Virus record (IMG/VR): IMGVR_UViG_3300042922_000707
Span: 1 to 64,000 of that record
DNA: 64,000 nt
Strand: one strand, 5' to 3'
DNA from: a virus
In this document: piece after piece, positions 55,538 through 64,000 of the stretch
Position numbering within the stretch: the first letter of the stretch is position 1
Layout: the number at the start of each line of letters is the position of its first letter
Notes under the pieces: model-generated
Seen by the model: only the letters and a program-made list of their open reading frames with translations
Database searches by the model: none
Told to the model about the DNA's origin: nothing
Made by a program: the position numbers and the translations under genes

Positions 55538-56518
55538 TTACTTACCGCTGAATCCAAATGCACTGTCAAACACTCCTGCAGTCTTCTTAACTTCTTTCCC
55601 GCCTGCTGGTTCATCTCCACTAACGCTTGAAGACTTTCTTACACTTTCCAACTTTTCAACTCTTTCTGAAACTGACTTAACTGTTTCTGAAATTCCAGAC
55701 AACGTCTCAGCTATTGGACCAAGTGCAGACTTAATTACCTCTTCCGCAGTTTTCTCAACTTGCCCTGTTACTTCACCTGCTGTCTTAGTTGCATCTTCTG
55801 CCTTTTGCACAGCATCCTCTGTTCCTTTTTCCAGCACTCCAACCTTCTCACTTACTTTGCCCAAATCAGATTTTAATGACTCAATGCCTTCTGTTAATGG
55901 TGCTAACACTTGTTCCATTGCCTTTTGAATATCTTCTGCTTTCATCTCGTCCTCCTCTTTTATTACATCTCCAGATTTAATTTCTGAAAACACATTGTTA
56001 AGTTTACTTATCCCCTGCTCAAATTCTTTTAGAAGTTTAGCATTAACAGGGCTTTCTGTCTTCTGGACCTTAATTGACTTTTCCTTATCCGCCTTGACAA
56101 GTTCTGCACTCTTCTCGATACCCACTGTACCTAAAGTTTCTAGAATGTACTTTTTGAACTCATCCAACTCTTTTTCTATGTCCGCTTTGGGTGTCTCAGA
56201 ATTTGTCCACCACAGTATGTCATACATTACATCTCGCATTACATTGTAAGAGTCCCATAAGCTATTCCATGCCTTTTGTCTTTCCATTGTTACTCTAAAG
56301 GACGGTTTATCATCCTCTTTAATAAGCACACCCTTAACAGCACTCATAACCTTTTCCAATAGTGTTGCGTTGCTCTTTTGTACTGGCTCTGCCACCACTA
56401 CCTTTTCTTCTTCCGGTTGATAGTCATCACTCTTATAGAGCATTAACTTCTGTTTATTAGCTCCTTTATTTACAAGGCTAATATATTGAACTTCTACATC
56501 CTTAAGTTCTCTTGGCAT
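55538..56518 (-). CDS. Scaffold protein carrying the XkdF-type MPREL..ISLV.KGAN segment
   Basis: N-terminal MPRELKDVEVQYISLVNKGAN, coiled-coil body, repeated QK/EK-S/A/T sites. Confidence 0.75.
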   Translation of the reverse strand: MPRELKDVEVQYISLVNKGANKQKLMLYKSDDYQPEEEKVVVAEPVQKSNATLLEKVMSAVKGVLIKEDDKPSFRVTMERQKAWNSLWDSYNVMRDVMYDILWWTNSETPKADIEKELDEFKKYILETLGTVGIEKSAELVKADKEKSIKVQKTESPVNAKLLKEFEQGISKLNNVFSEIKSGDVIKEEDEMKAEDIQKAMEQVLAPLTEGIESLKSDLGKVSEKVGVLEKGTEDAVQKAEDATKTAGEVTGQVEKTAEEVIKSALGPIAETLSGISETVKSVSERVEKLESVRKSSSVSGDEPAGGKEVKKTAGVFDSAFGFSGK

Positions 56519-56934
56519 TAATCCTCACCTCCCACATCTGGAATTATTTCATGCTCTTCTACTGAACGAGCAAAACCAGCAAGACTAAGTCCTGTTATTT
56601 CTTCATTTTCAACCTGTTCCCAAGTTTCCTCTTTTTCTACCTTTATGGCAACAATCCAACTGCCTTCCACAAATCCATCCGGGTCATCTTTCTGTGCTAA
56701 GTAGCTTTCACATACATAGCCCTCGTCTGGGTCAAAGTCATGTTGTTTATCCACATTGTGCAGGTTCATCTTTTTCATAAACCCGTACGCCATTTTCTCT
56801 ATTTCTTCGGATGTCATAAAGTCACCCTGTGTATCTTCCTCCAGTGGAACATATACTGGACACTTTATAATTCTCTTGCTGTCATTCTTTACAAGTCTTG
56901 TTATAGTGTTGTTAAATTTTCCCATTAGTTTCAC
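56518..56934 (-). CDS. Prohead protease core (XkdF-like)
   Basis: DTQGDFMT.EEIEKMAY.F..VDKQH..ESY..GSW..ITGLSLAG. Confidence 0.85.
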   Translation of the reverse strand: MKLMGKFNNTITRLVKNDSKRIIKCPVYVPLEEDTQGDFMTSEEIEKMAYGFMKKMNLHNVDKQHDFDPDEGYVCESYLAQKDDPDGFVEGSWIVAIKVEKEETWEQVENEEITGLSLAGFARSVEEHEIIPDVGGED

Positions 56935-56937
56935 CTC

Positions 56938-57813
56938 CTACTCCAATGAATTATATTCCTCTTGTGTCAAGTACTCAAGTCCACATCGGCAGTTTATTAT
57001 TTCTTCTGCTGGTGCACCATGCTCTGTGTCACCCGGATACATTAGTTGAAAACCACCCACGTTAAACGTCTCATTTATTAATACCACTTGACCCTCTGCC
57101 AATTGGTGAGTCTTTCTTACACTCTCGTCCAAGGAAGTTCTCCACTTCTTAGCATAATATATTCCAGTGTTCACATTGTAGTAAAAATCCACATGGTTTG
57201 TGGCACCAAGTATTTCTGTTCTCGCCACTGTTATGGCCCGGTTTATGCTGAATGCTGGCAAGTCCTTAATTTCTTGTGCTATTTCAGTAAAATGCCTTCC
57301 TTCCTCATATCCCTTGACTAAAAATTCCCTAACTGCCTTCTCTGTAGTTTGATTTACCTGCTGTGCCCACTTAATGGACTTTGTCTCCAAGAAATTACTT
57401 ATATGTATATCAAACTTGTTTAGGTCTATGTCAAACCCAATCTCTTTTATAAGTAGTTCCACAGTGTCCGACATAAGTCGAAACATTGTACTGTAGTATA
57501 GACCCTGTAGTTCATCCTGCCATGTATTGGAGTCGTTTGTTATGTATTCCCTAACAAATCCCTCATAGCTCGTGACTTCTATTTCTAATTCCTTAACTAC
57601 AGGAACATACTTGTTTACCCTATCCGAGTACGCTTGCATTTGGTTGCCCAATTGAGTGTGTATAATGTCAATAAAAGTATCTATCTCATTTACAGCAAAG
57701 TCTGCCCATACTGGGTTTGTTACTATTCCCTTTATCCATTCCTCGGTGGTTTCCATTTTCAGTAATGCAGTTTCTATAATGGATGCCATCTTTAGTAGCT
57801 TAGTCTTCTTCAT
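56938..57813 (-). CDS. Minor head protein (SPP1 gp7/Mu gpF family)
   Basis: RAITVARTE, KKWRT..VRKTH, EIINCRC. Confidence 0.9.
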   Translation of the reverse strand: MKKTKLLKMASIIETALLKMETTEEWIKGIVTNPVWADFAVNEIDTFIDIIHTQLGNQMQAYSDRVNKYVPVVKELEIEVTSYEGFVREYITNDSNTWQDELQGLYYSTMFRLMSDTVELLIKEIGFDIDLNKFDIHISNFLETKSIKWAQQVNQTTEKAVREFLVKGYEEGRHFTEIAQEIKDLPAFSINRAITVARTEILGATNHVDFYYNVNTGIYYAKKWRTSLDESVRKTHQLAEGQVVLINETFNVGGFQLMYPGDTEHGAPAEEIINCRCGLEYLTQEEYNSLE

Positions 57814-59425
57814 ACTCCGCCACCTTCTTTATCTCGTAAAGAACTTCTTTTAGGATTGTAGTTACTTCTTGCTTGCTAAAGTTGTTTGACTTCTGTACTT
57901 CGCCTTCTTCTATTTCTTCCTCTGGCTCATCCACAAGTGCCCCACCTATACGACTTGCAATTGACTCTATTTCCATTTTCTTAATTGTCATGGATAGTGG
58001 TAAGTCTCCCCACTCCTCTTCAATTACATTCATCTTCCTGCCCAACAAGTCACTTAATGCCTCAACCAATGTGTTTGGTGTAGCAACTCCACTGGTTATG
58101 TATGGTGCAAGTGCCTTACTTAGTTCATACTTGTCAGTCAATTTAGGGGACTTGAATCTAAACTCAACTAAGTCGTACCCTAAGTCTCTTAGTATTCTGT
58201 TAAACGGTTCGGACAGTTCTTGGCGTTCTGGCTCAAATACAAGTGCTTCTGCAACTGCTCTGGCTGTCTGTGCCGTAGATTTACTATAGTCCTGTGATTC
58301 CCCTGTGTAGATTGGTGGTATCCTGTAACTAGAGCGTATCTTATTTCTGTTGTTCTTGTCATAGTCTTGGAATAGTCCATCCTGCTGTATGAGCTCTGTT
58401 AATGGCTTTACATCTATCTTGACGTTACTATTTCGCTTATTCTCTGACTCAACAATGGAATCGTCTTCCTGAAAAGATTCAGCTTCCAGCAGTAGGAATC
58501 TAAATGCTTTCGCATTACCATGCAGTTCCGAAATGGCATCGTGTGCCTCTTGTGTTAATTGCCCATTTTCTATTAATATAGCCGCTGGAACAATTCTACC
58601 ATTGTCGAAAAATGAGATATTCAGCTCTTCCGACTTTCTACTGCCCACAATGCTTGGAACTTTTCCAATGTACCTAGGTACTCCATAGTGATTATAAATG
58701 GACTCTATCTTAAAGTGTATTAAGCAACTTGCTTTATTTTCCTCATTGATGCTATCCCCATATTCACCCGTATGTTTGTCCATAGGACGTGGGTCTCCAT
58801 ACTCTTTGAAGAATATTCTTTTGCCCCCATCATTCATTGCGTAACGGTGGAATCTGACTGGTATGGTCATGTTCTTAGTCTTTTTACGCCCTTCGCCATA
58901 CTTGACTTCCATTGATATGTCCACTGCATTGATTGGTTTAAGGATTCTAACCTTACTGCTGTTGTTTACAAACTCAAACCCGCATGGAACACCATTCACG
59001 TTCTCAATTACTTCCAGGTACGCATTACCGTTCCTCTCTCTATTATCAACTACCTTTTTAGTTAATTGTGTAAAACTTTCTTTGTAGTTGGCATAATGAA
59101 AAAGTAATTCAGCTTCCTCTTTTTGCTGTAGAGCAACGGCCTCCAGCTTCTTGTCATAGCTTGTACTATTTGTATCTATTACGGGCACAATCTCCCAACC
59201 AAATCCAGTTATGTTGTTTTTATATGCATCAATGCATTCCCCAAGTATATTACTGTACTCTGGAAATTTAAGTAGTGCATATAAATCATATGGTGGTGTA
59301 TATGCACCTCCACCGTAGTCAAATGTATCTTCTGGCTCTGATACTTGAGCATTTGCAGGCAATAACTTATTTTCTATTACTGACGCTTTTATCAAGCTTC
59401 TTGTTGCATTTTGTATGCCACTCAA
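57800..59425 (-). CDS. Portal protein (PBSX family)
   Basis: GNAYLEVI, YGVPRY, FFDNG, YRIPPIYTG. Confidence 0.9.
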   Translation of the reverse strand: MSGIQNATRSLIKASVIENKLLPANAQVSEPEDTFDYGGGAYTPPYDLYALLKFPEYSNILGECIDAYKNNITGFGWEIVPVIDTNSTSYDKKLEAVALQQKEEAELLFHYANYKESFTQLTKKVVDNRERNGNAYLEVIENVNGVPCGFEFVNNSSKVRILKPINAVDISMEVKYGEGRKKTKNMTIPVRFHRYAMNDGGKRIFFKEYGDPRPMDKHTGEYGDSINEENKASCLIHFKIESIYNHYGVPRYIGKVPSIVGSRKSEELNISFFDNGRIVPAAILIENGQLTQEAHDAISELHGNAKAFRFLLLEAESFQEDDSIVESENKRNSNVKIDVKPLTELIQQDGLFQDYDKNNRNKIRSSYRIPPIYTGESQDYSKSTAQTARAVAEALVFEPERQELSEPFNRILRDLGYDLVEFRFKSPKLTDKYELSKALAPYITSGVATPNTLVEALSDLLGRKMNVIEEEWGDLPLSMTIKKMEIESIASRIGGALVDEPEEEIEEGEVQKSNNFSKQEVTTILKEVLYEIKKVAEYEED

Positions 59426-59491
59426 AATCTCACCCCATTTGGTTTGTTAAAGTCATTTAATGTAACTTCTGACTATATATCTTACAAACAT

Positions 59492-59520
59492 ATTATAATA
59501 TAAAAATTTCCATTATGCAA
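59492..59520 (-). promoter_or_regulatory. Sigma-A-like promoter upstream of portal
   Basis: TTGCAT-N17-TATAAT. Confidence 0.6.
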
Positions 59521-59555
59521 CATATTTTGGAAAAATTTATTCAAAACTTTTTAAT

Positions 59556-59855
59556 CTATTTATTTTCCACAGTAGCTCCAGTTTTGGAGTTAGGATTCCT
59601 GTTTATAATTATCTGCCTTAGCTTTAAAGAGTACTCAATATCGTTGCTTAGTCTGGCTAAACTCTCAAGAAAGTAGTTACTGCTCCTGGTAGGAATAATC
59701 TTTCTCTGCACCAACTTTATAGCCTTCTTTCCCGCATTAAAATTGTTTAGGTGTGTATGGCCACCTTTAAAATCCTTTGCTCTATTATACACTACAAAAC
59801 CCTTACCACTTCTGAATATCATAAAACTACCGCTAATATATATGGTTCCGCTCAT
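59556..59855 (-). CDS. Basic hypothetical protein
   Basis: VYN..K.F.GGHTHL..YFLESLARLS. Confidence 0.65.
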   Translation of the reverse strand: MSGTIYISGSFMIFRSGKGFVVYNRAKDFKGGHTHLNNFNAGKKAIKLVQRKIIPTRSSNYFLESLARLSNDIEYSLKLRQIIINRNPNSKTGATVENK

Positions 59856-59902
59856 ATACTACCTCCGTCGTACAAAACGCAGTAAGGGCTCGTTATAGTG
59901 TG

Positions 59903-59954
59903 CCTTAATTCTGCCATTTTGCGGTTTTATTGCACCCCTTAATAGTAAAATACT
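59903..59954 (+). repeat. Dispersed intergenic element copy 5
   Basis: CCTTAATTCTGCCATT identical to copy 4; TAATA-N5-ATACT box at the same offset. Confidence 0.75.
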
Positions 59955-59975
59955 ACCCATTTTTTGGGTAGTATT
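59949..59975 (-). terminator. Hairpin/terminator after terL
   Basis: AATACTACCCA/TGGGTAGTATT stem. Confidence 0.7.
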
Positions 59976-59980
59976 CATTA

Positions 59981-61600
59981 TTATGGTACAATGGCAGACT
60001 TCCCAGTCTGTCTTCTTCCTTGCAATCCCTCTTTCCTTGAAACTGGCTTAACTATATCTAATAGGTAGCACAGTGAGTCAAGTAAGTCGTCTCCTGTCTT
60101 AGCCAGTGGAAAGAATATATACTGGTCCAAGAACTCTTTTACCACATCAATTGTTTTATTTTCCCAATTCTTTTTGATAAGTGCTGGTGGTAGATACACA
60201 CATGCATTCTCGAATCTTGGTACAAGCCCACGTATTCTATCCTCTTTTGACCTTGCCCTTGGTGCTAAAGCCCTTATGGAGAAGAAGTCATTTTCTATGC
60301 CCATTTTTTCTTGTGCGTAGAATTTAATGGTCTCCTGAAATCCGACTTCCTCGATTGCATAGACGTCTATTTTCCATTTATTCCTTAATTCAAATATTAT
60401 GTCAACTCTTTCCTTTGGGTTCATCTTATCGTAAACTATGTCTAAAACAAACCAATGATTGTTGCGTGTTATTGCTGTAACCCATATAGCATTGTGGTCA
60501 TTTTTCTTCTTCTTTTTTGACGCAGGGTCATACGTCATTATTATTGTAACCTTTTCCCTTCTTGGCTTATCCAAGAGCTTCCAACCTTCACCCGGTATGT
60601 AGATTTCCCTTACAATTAGGTAGTGTGTCATACCACTTCCCAACTCACCCAAATGAAAAACGTCACCCCTCCAATGTCTAATCCATCCATTTTTAAAGTC
60701 AGCCTTAGCCTCATCCAGTGGATTCAGCATGTACTGGCAATTGAATATATAGTTACCTTGGATTCTTCTTTGCTCCTCAAGGAACTCTGGTGTTAGACGT
60801 TCTGGAAAGCTTAGTGTTCCATCCGCCATAACTGCGGGCATAATGATAGCGTCAAATAGGTCTTTATACTCATCCCCTAACAACATGCTATACAAGTCGT
60901 TATAATGGAAACGTGTTCCTATAACTATCAACTCTCTATAGATGTGTGGTGCCGGTGGGTCGAGTAGTGAGAAAGACAATTTAAAGTGTTGCTTTACTTT
61001 TTCAAGTTGCTCTGGTGTAGTAACATTCCTCTCGGAAACAAGGTCGTCCATTATTATTACATCATAGTGCTGGCCCGTTCTAGTTCTGTCTACTCCGGCA
61101 CAGGAAACGTTAGGCTCCTTATTCATTAGCGTGGCATCCTCTCCAGACGGAGTATTAGAAAAAGTAGGATTGCCCACTATTATTAAGGAACTGTCTGTAT
61201 CTCCACCTGTGATGTCGTCTCTTAATTTTAGGTGTGGAAATAGTTCTAATAATTTTCGGTTGTTTTTCAATTGCATACGAATTGAAGTTAAGTATGACTT
61301 AGCGTTTCCGTAAGTTTCATTGTCTATTAAAATACGAACTTCAGGATTCCTTATCATTCGCTGTATGGAGTAACCTATGGTAACCTCTGTACTCTTGAAT
61401 GTGGAACGTGCCAACTCTATGTGCAAATATCTCTTTCTGTCTGGTCTATTAATGAATTTATCTACTACTTTGTGTGGCCTAGGTCTCATATCCTTGTATC
61501 CTAAAACGTACCGGCACAGGTAGTACAAGTCTGTTTTACATTTTTCCCGCTCCACATCAAGCAGGTCGTCATTACTTATTGTATCTAGTGCTTGTGACAT
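59981..61600 (-). CDS. terL: Terminase large subunit
   Basis: ARSTFKS Walker A, TGQHYDVIIMDD Walker B, IGTRFH, YDPA, IEEVGFQ, DDLLDS nuclease motifs. Confidence 0.92.
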   Translation of the reverse strand: MSQALDTISNDDLLDVEREKCKTDLYYLCRYVLGYKDMRPRPHKVVDKFINRPDRKRYLHIELARSTFKSTEVTIGYSIQRMIRNPEVRILIDNETYGNAKSYLTSIRMQLKNNRKLLELFPHLKLRDDITGGDTDSSLIIVGNPTFSNTPSGEDATLMNKEPNVSCAGVDRTRTGQHYDVIIMDDLVSERNVTTPEQLEKVKQHFKLSFSLLDPPAPHIYRELIVIGTRFHYNDLYSMLLGDEYKDLFDAIIMPAVMADGTLSFPERLTPEFLEEQRRIQGNYIFNCQYMLNPLDEAKADFKNGWIRHWRGDVFHLGELGSGMTHYLIVREIYIPGEGWKLLDKPRREKVTIIMTYDPASKKKKKNDHNAIWVTAITRNNHWFVLDIVYDKMNPKERVDIIFELRNKWKIDVYAIEEVGFQETIKFYAQEKMGIENDFFSIRALAPRARSKEDRIRGLVPRFENACVYLPPALIKKNWENKTIDVVKEFLDQYIFFPLAKTGDDLLDSLCYLLDIVKPVSRKEGLQGRRQTGKSAIVP

Positions 61601-61641
61601 TAATTCACCCCCTGTTTTTAAATTCTTTTCTACGCAACATT

Positions 61642-61683
61642 ATTATAATACAAAAGCCCATGGAATACAATATCCCATGGGCC
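61642..61683 (-). promoter_or_regulatory. terL promoter overlapping a hairpin
   Basis: TTGTAT-N17-TATAAT; GCCCATGG/CCATGGGC inverted repeat. Confidence 0.55.
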
Positions 61684-61719
61684 TAATTGATAAATTATAT
61701 TTAATTGATTTGTAACGGG

Positions 61720-62178
61720 TTACTTCAACTTACGCAGTCTTTCTATCAGTTCCTTAGGTGGCACCTCACCTTTATACCTATCCCGAAGTTTTTCTTTATC
61801 AATTTCCTGAACTTCCAGGTACAGGGTTTGTGGGCCATTTCCATTAAAATGAGTTGATGCAGTCCAATTGTCCGCATTTAAAATCTTAACTGGTGATGCT
61901 TGATTATTCTCTCTATCGTAGAGGAATACATACTCCCCATTCTTTGCATTTCTTTGCTCAATGGTGACATCGTTGTGCCAGTCCACATGCAGTACTGGAC
62001 AGAATGCCTTACAGCCGTTAGGGCAGTTCATACTAAATGGGGAGGGCATGCTGTCTCTTGTAGGACCTTCTACGCCTACTTGCATGTGCATTATAAAAGT
62101 TTCTCCGCACACCTCACATCTGTATGTAAATTTTTTCCATACTACCACTGGTGTTATGAATCTACGCAATCTACTCAC
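61720..62178 (-). CDS. Zn-ribbon hypothetical protein
   Basis: CEVCG..CPNGC. Confidence 0.6.
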   Translation of the reverse strand: MSRLRRFITPVVVWKKFTYRCEVCGETFIMHMQVGVEGPTRDSMPSPFSMNCPNGCKAFCPVLHVDWHNDVTIEQRNAKNGEYVFLYDRENNQASPVKILNADNWTASTHFNGNGPQTLYLEVQEIDKEKLRDRYKGEVPPKELIERLRKLK

Positions 62179-62652
62179 CTACCTCCATAATCCTTTATTC
62201 AAATTAACATTGCTGTAGTTAGCATTACCAGTAACTTCCAAACCAAACCATGCCGGTGGTATGTAGGCTGCCGCTTTCTCCTCTGTTGGGAACTGGACTT
62301 CCACAGTCATAAGCCCATATAGGCTACCCAGATACATGTCAACCTCGGCATATAAGTTTTGCTCTAGGTCCAATAGGTACTTGAACCTATTCTTTGACAG
62401 CACATTACTACTCTGATTTGCAAACGCTTCATACATCTGTTTGTTTATTGGCATTTCATTCTCATCTCTGTAGTCACCAGAGGGTATCTTTGTGGTAAAC
62501 GTGTGTTCAGAATACAATCCCCCACTCCTTCTAACTCTTATTTCTGGAGTCTCGCTTATATAAGCTTGAACGATGTTCGTAACACTCTCAGGTTCAATTG
62601 GCAAATCCGGCAACTTTTCTACTAAAAACTTTCTTTCAATTTCTAATGGCAT
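62179..62652 (-). CDS. CYTH-domain triphosphate tunnel metalloenzyme
   Basis: EIERKFLV, IRVR, KNRF, EVD, WFGLEVT..YSN. Confidence 0.9.
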   Translation of the reverse strand: MPLEIERKFLVEKLPDLPIEPESVTNIVQAYISETPEIRVRRSGGLYSEHTFTTKIPSGDYRDENEMPINKQMYEAFANQSSNVLSKNRFKYLLDLEQNLYAEVDMYLGSLYGLMTVEVQFPTEEKAAAYIPPAWFGLEVTGNANYSNVNLNKGLWR

Positions 62653-62654
62653 AA

Positions 62655-63074
62655 TTATTTCACCTCACTTATATTTTTCCATTGCTCTAAATACTTCCAG
62701 TCCTCTAAATAACCGCAGTTATTGGAGTATGGTATAAAGTTGGGACCTAACTCCGTTGACTCATAATATGGAAATCCCTTGCATACGTTAGGTCTTGCAT
62801 TATGATTCTTACATTTTAGTGTAACATGGTCAAAACTATTGCACTTCCACCAGTATGTATCGCCCACCGCCTTAAATACAGCGTTAAATTCTGCCTCTGG
62901 GCGTAGTTTAAATGCCTCCAAAGCACTTATAGGTACCCAGTTTTCCTTAATGAATATAGCGTCTTCATTACCTGAGTCCGCCTCTTTGGCTATGAACTCC
63001 GGGGAGCCATGCTTCCCCAGAATTATAGCCTTACAACAACTGCCACACATTTTACAATTTCCCAATTGTGCCAT
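62655..63074 (-). CDS. YkgJ-family Cys-cluster (Zn/Fe) protein
   Basis: CKMCGSCC..C..CK.H..RPNVCKGFP. Confidence 0.85.
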   Translation of the reverse strand: MAQLGNCKMCGSCCKAIILGKHGSPEFIAKEADSGNEDAIFIKENWVPISALEAFKLRPEAEFNAVFKAVGDTYWWKCNSFDHVTLKCKNHNARPNVCKGFPYYESTELGPNFIPYSNNCGYLEDWKYLEQWKNISEVK

Positions 63075-63079
63075 CTCCC

Positions 63080-64000
63080 TTATGCTACTTTTAGTAATTT
63101 CAGGGCACCATCTAATAATGGGTGTCCGTCAATAGTTTTTTCAAAGTTCTTTTCATTGTATGTTGGTGTCCATCTAAATGGCTTGGTGTGGGTTGCAAAA
63201 TCGCTTACTGCATTTATTACACCCCATTGAGTACCCTTAAACTTCTTAAGGTCTGGTGCCTCATCATACCTTAGGAAAAACTCATTTCTCAATGCAATTA
63301 TATTGTCCTCTTTCTGGGCACCTGCCTCGTCCGGCATTGGTATTAATGCCTCAATAAACTCCACTAACTCCTTTCCACCAATGGACTTATTAACAAGCTT
63401 ATTCGCGGAAGCCTCCAAGTTACCCATATAATTTGCAGTGAGCTCCAATGTTTTTCTGGCTTCCTCCATCTTGTACTCCATTTTACCTATATGGTTTACA
63501 GACCAAGTTCTTTTTGCCTGCCCTAAGGCTAAGTTAAGGGTATTTTGACACACAACTCTAATTGGTGTAACAGCAACCTTAACAGCACCCTTTCCATCAT
63601 GTCCATTGGTAAATACTAAATAGGGCACAAATTCATCTTCTAGAATGTATGTGGAAGGCATTTTAGCAAGTAGCCAAACTCTTCTCCCAAAATTCAAGCT
63701 ACCAGCAGTTTCATAAGTAACTCCACCACCAAGTAGTTCATCGGTAAATGCAAACGCATCCTTATTCTGCACTATTTTATATTGTCCTGAAACTATGCCC
63801 AGTGGGTGCCCATTGTCACTTCTTACATTGCATATGGTATTGGCAATAGTCTGTATGCCCCCACCTTCCTGTGGTACATTAGTAAATACTGGCATTGGTA
63901 TAACTTCCCAATCCAATCCCGCAAGGTGCATTGCATCCTCGGAAGTCGGTGCATCCTTAATTACCTGCCCCAGTCCATGCCATGGAACTTGTCTAACACT
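63080..64000 (-). CDS. DUF932 (phage/plasmid TIGR03299-like) protein, N-terminus beyond window
   Basis: Frame open to edge: PWHGLG..AGLDWEV; ETAGSL, NGHDG, TPIRVVCQNTL, GTQWG. Confidence 0.88.
   Translation of the reverse strand, partial: SVRQVPWHGLGQVIKDAPTSEDAMHLAGLDWEVIPMPVFTNVPQEGGGIQTIANTICNVRSDNGHPLGIVSGQYKIVQNKDAFAFTDELLGGGVTYETAGSLNFGRRVWLLAKMPSTYILEDEFVPYLVFTNGHDGKGAVKVAVTPIRVVCQNTLNLALGQAKRTWSVNHIGKMEYKMEEARKTLELTANYMGNLEASANKLVNKSIGGKELVEFIEALIPMPDEAGAQKEDNIIALRNEFFLRYDEAPDLKKFKGTQWGVINAVSDFATHTKPFRWTPTYNEKNFEKTIDGHPLLDGALKLLKVA

Noticed and set aside
13969-61600. Inteins or introns in polA, helicases or terL
   Set aside because: Sizes are normal, with no splice-junction or homing-endonuclease motifs; insertions are short loops.
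182-63230. All plus-strand ORFs in the track
   Set aside because: They are antisense shadows of well-supported minus-strand genes, with no recognisable motifs.
1-64000. Stop-codon reassignment, tRNA genes, integrase/repressor module
   Set aside because: Standard code gives dense, intact ORFs ending in all three stops. No cloverleaf or recombinase was recognised, so lifestyle cannot be determined from this window.

Overview
This window is about 64 kb of a tailed dsDNA phage genome with siphovirus-type morphogenesis genes. GGAGG ribosome-binding sites and sigma-A-like promoters point to a Bacillota (Firmicutes) host. Essentially all real genes lie on the minus strand. In transcription order (right to left): DUF932/YkgJ/CYTH genes, terminase large subunit, PBSX-like portal and head genes (with a split XkdF-type protease), tail tube, a -1 frameshifted tail chaperone pair, a short tape measure, a ~15 kb tail-appendage/adhesin operon, and a lysis cassette. 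A nearly self-contained replisome follows: SNF2 helicase, initiator with internal iterons, DnaC-like loader, DnaB, DnaG, sigma factor, SSB, family-A DNA polymerase, a complete bacterial-type DnaX/HolB/HolA clamp loader and a DnaQ-like exonuclease. The left end is a 7-deazaguanine DNA-modification and nucleotide cluster: queD, queE, folE, a QueF-like T-fold protein, an SDR, a second radical SAM enzyme, thyX, dut, a dNMP kinase, and a Gat-QueC fusion that runs off the edge and is absent from the ORF track. Main leads: (1) the deazaguanine pathway extended by unexplained redox/radical enzymes; (2) a Leu762 PolA paired with a Zn-less clamp loader; (3) ten promoters with a fixed 18-bp spacer confined to the replication/metabolism half; (4) a dispersed, co-oriented ~52-bp bipartite intergenic element; (5) near-absence of GATC. 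No integrase, tRNA, CRISPR array or reverse transcriptase was seen. All calls come from reading motifs by eye, not from database searches.
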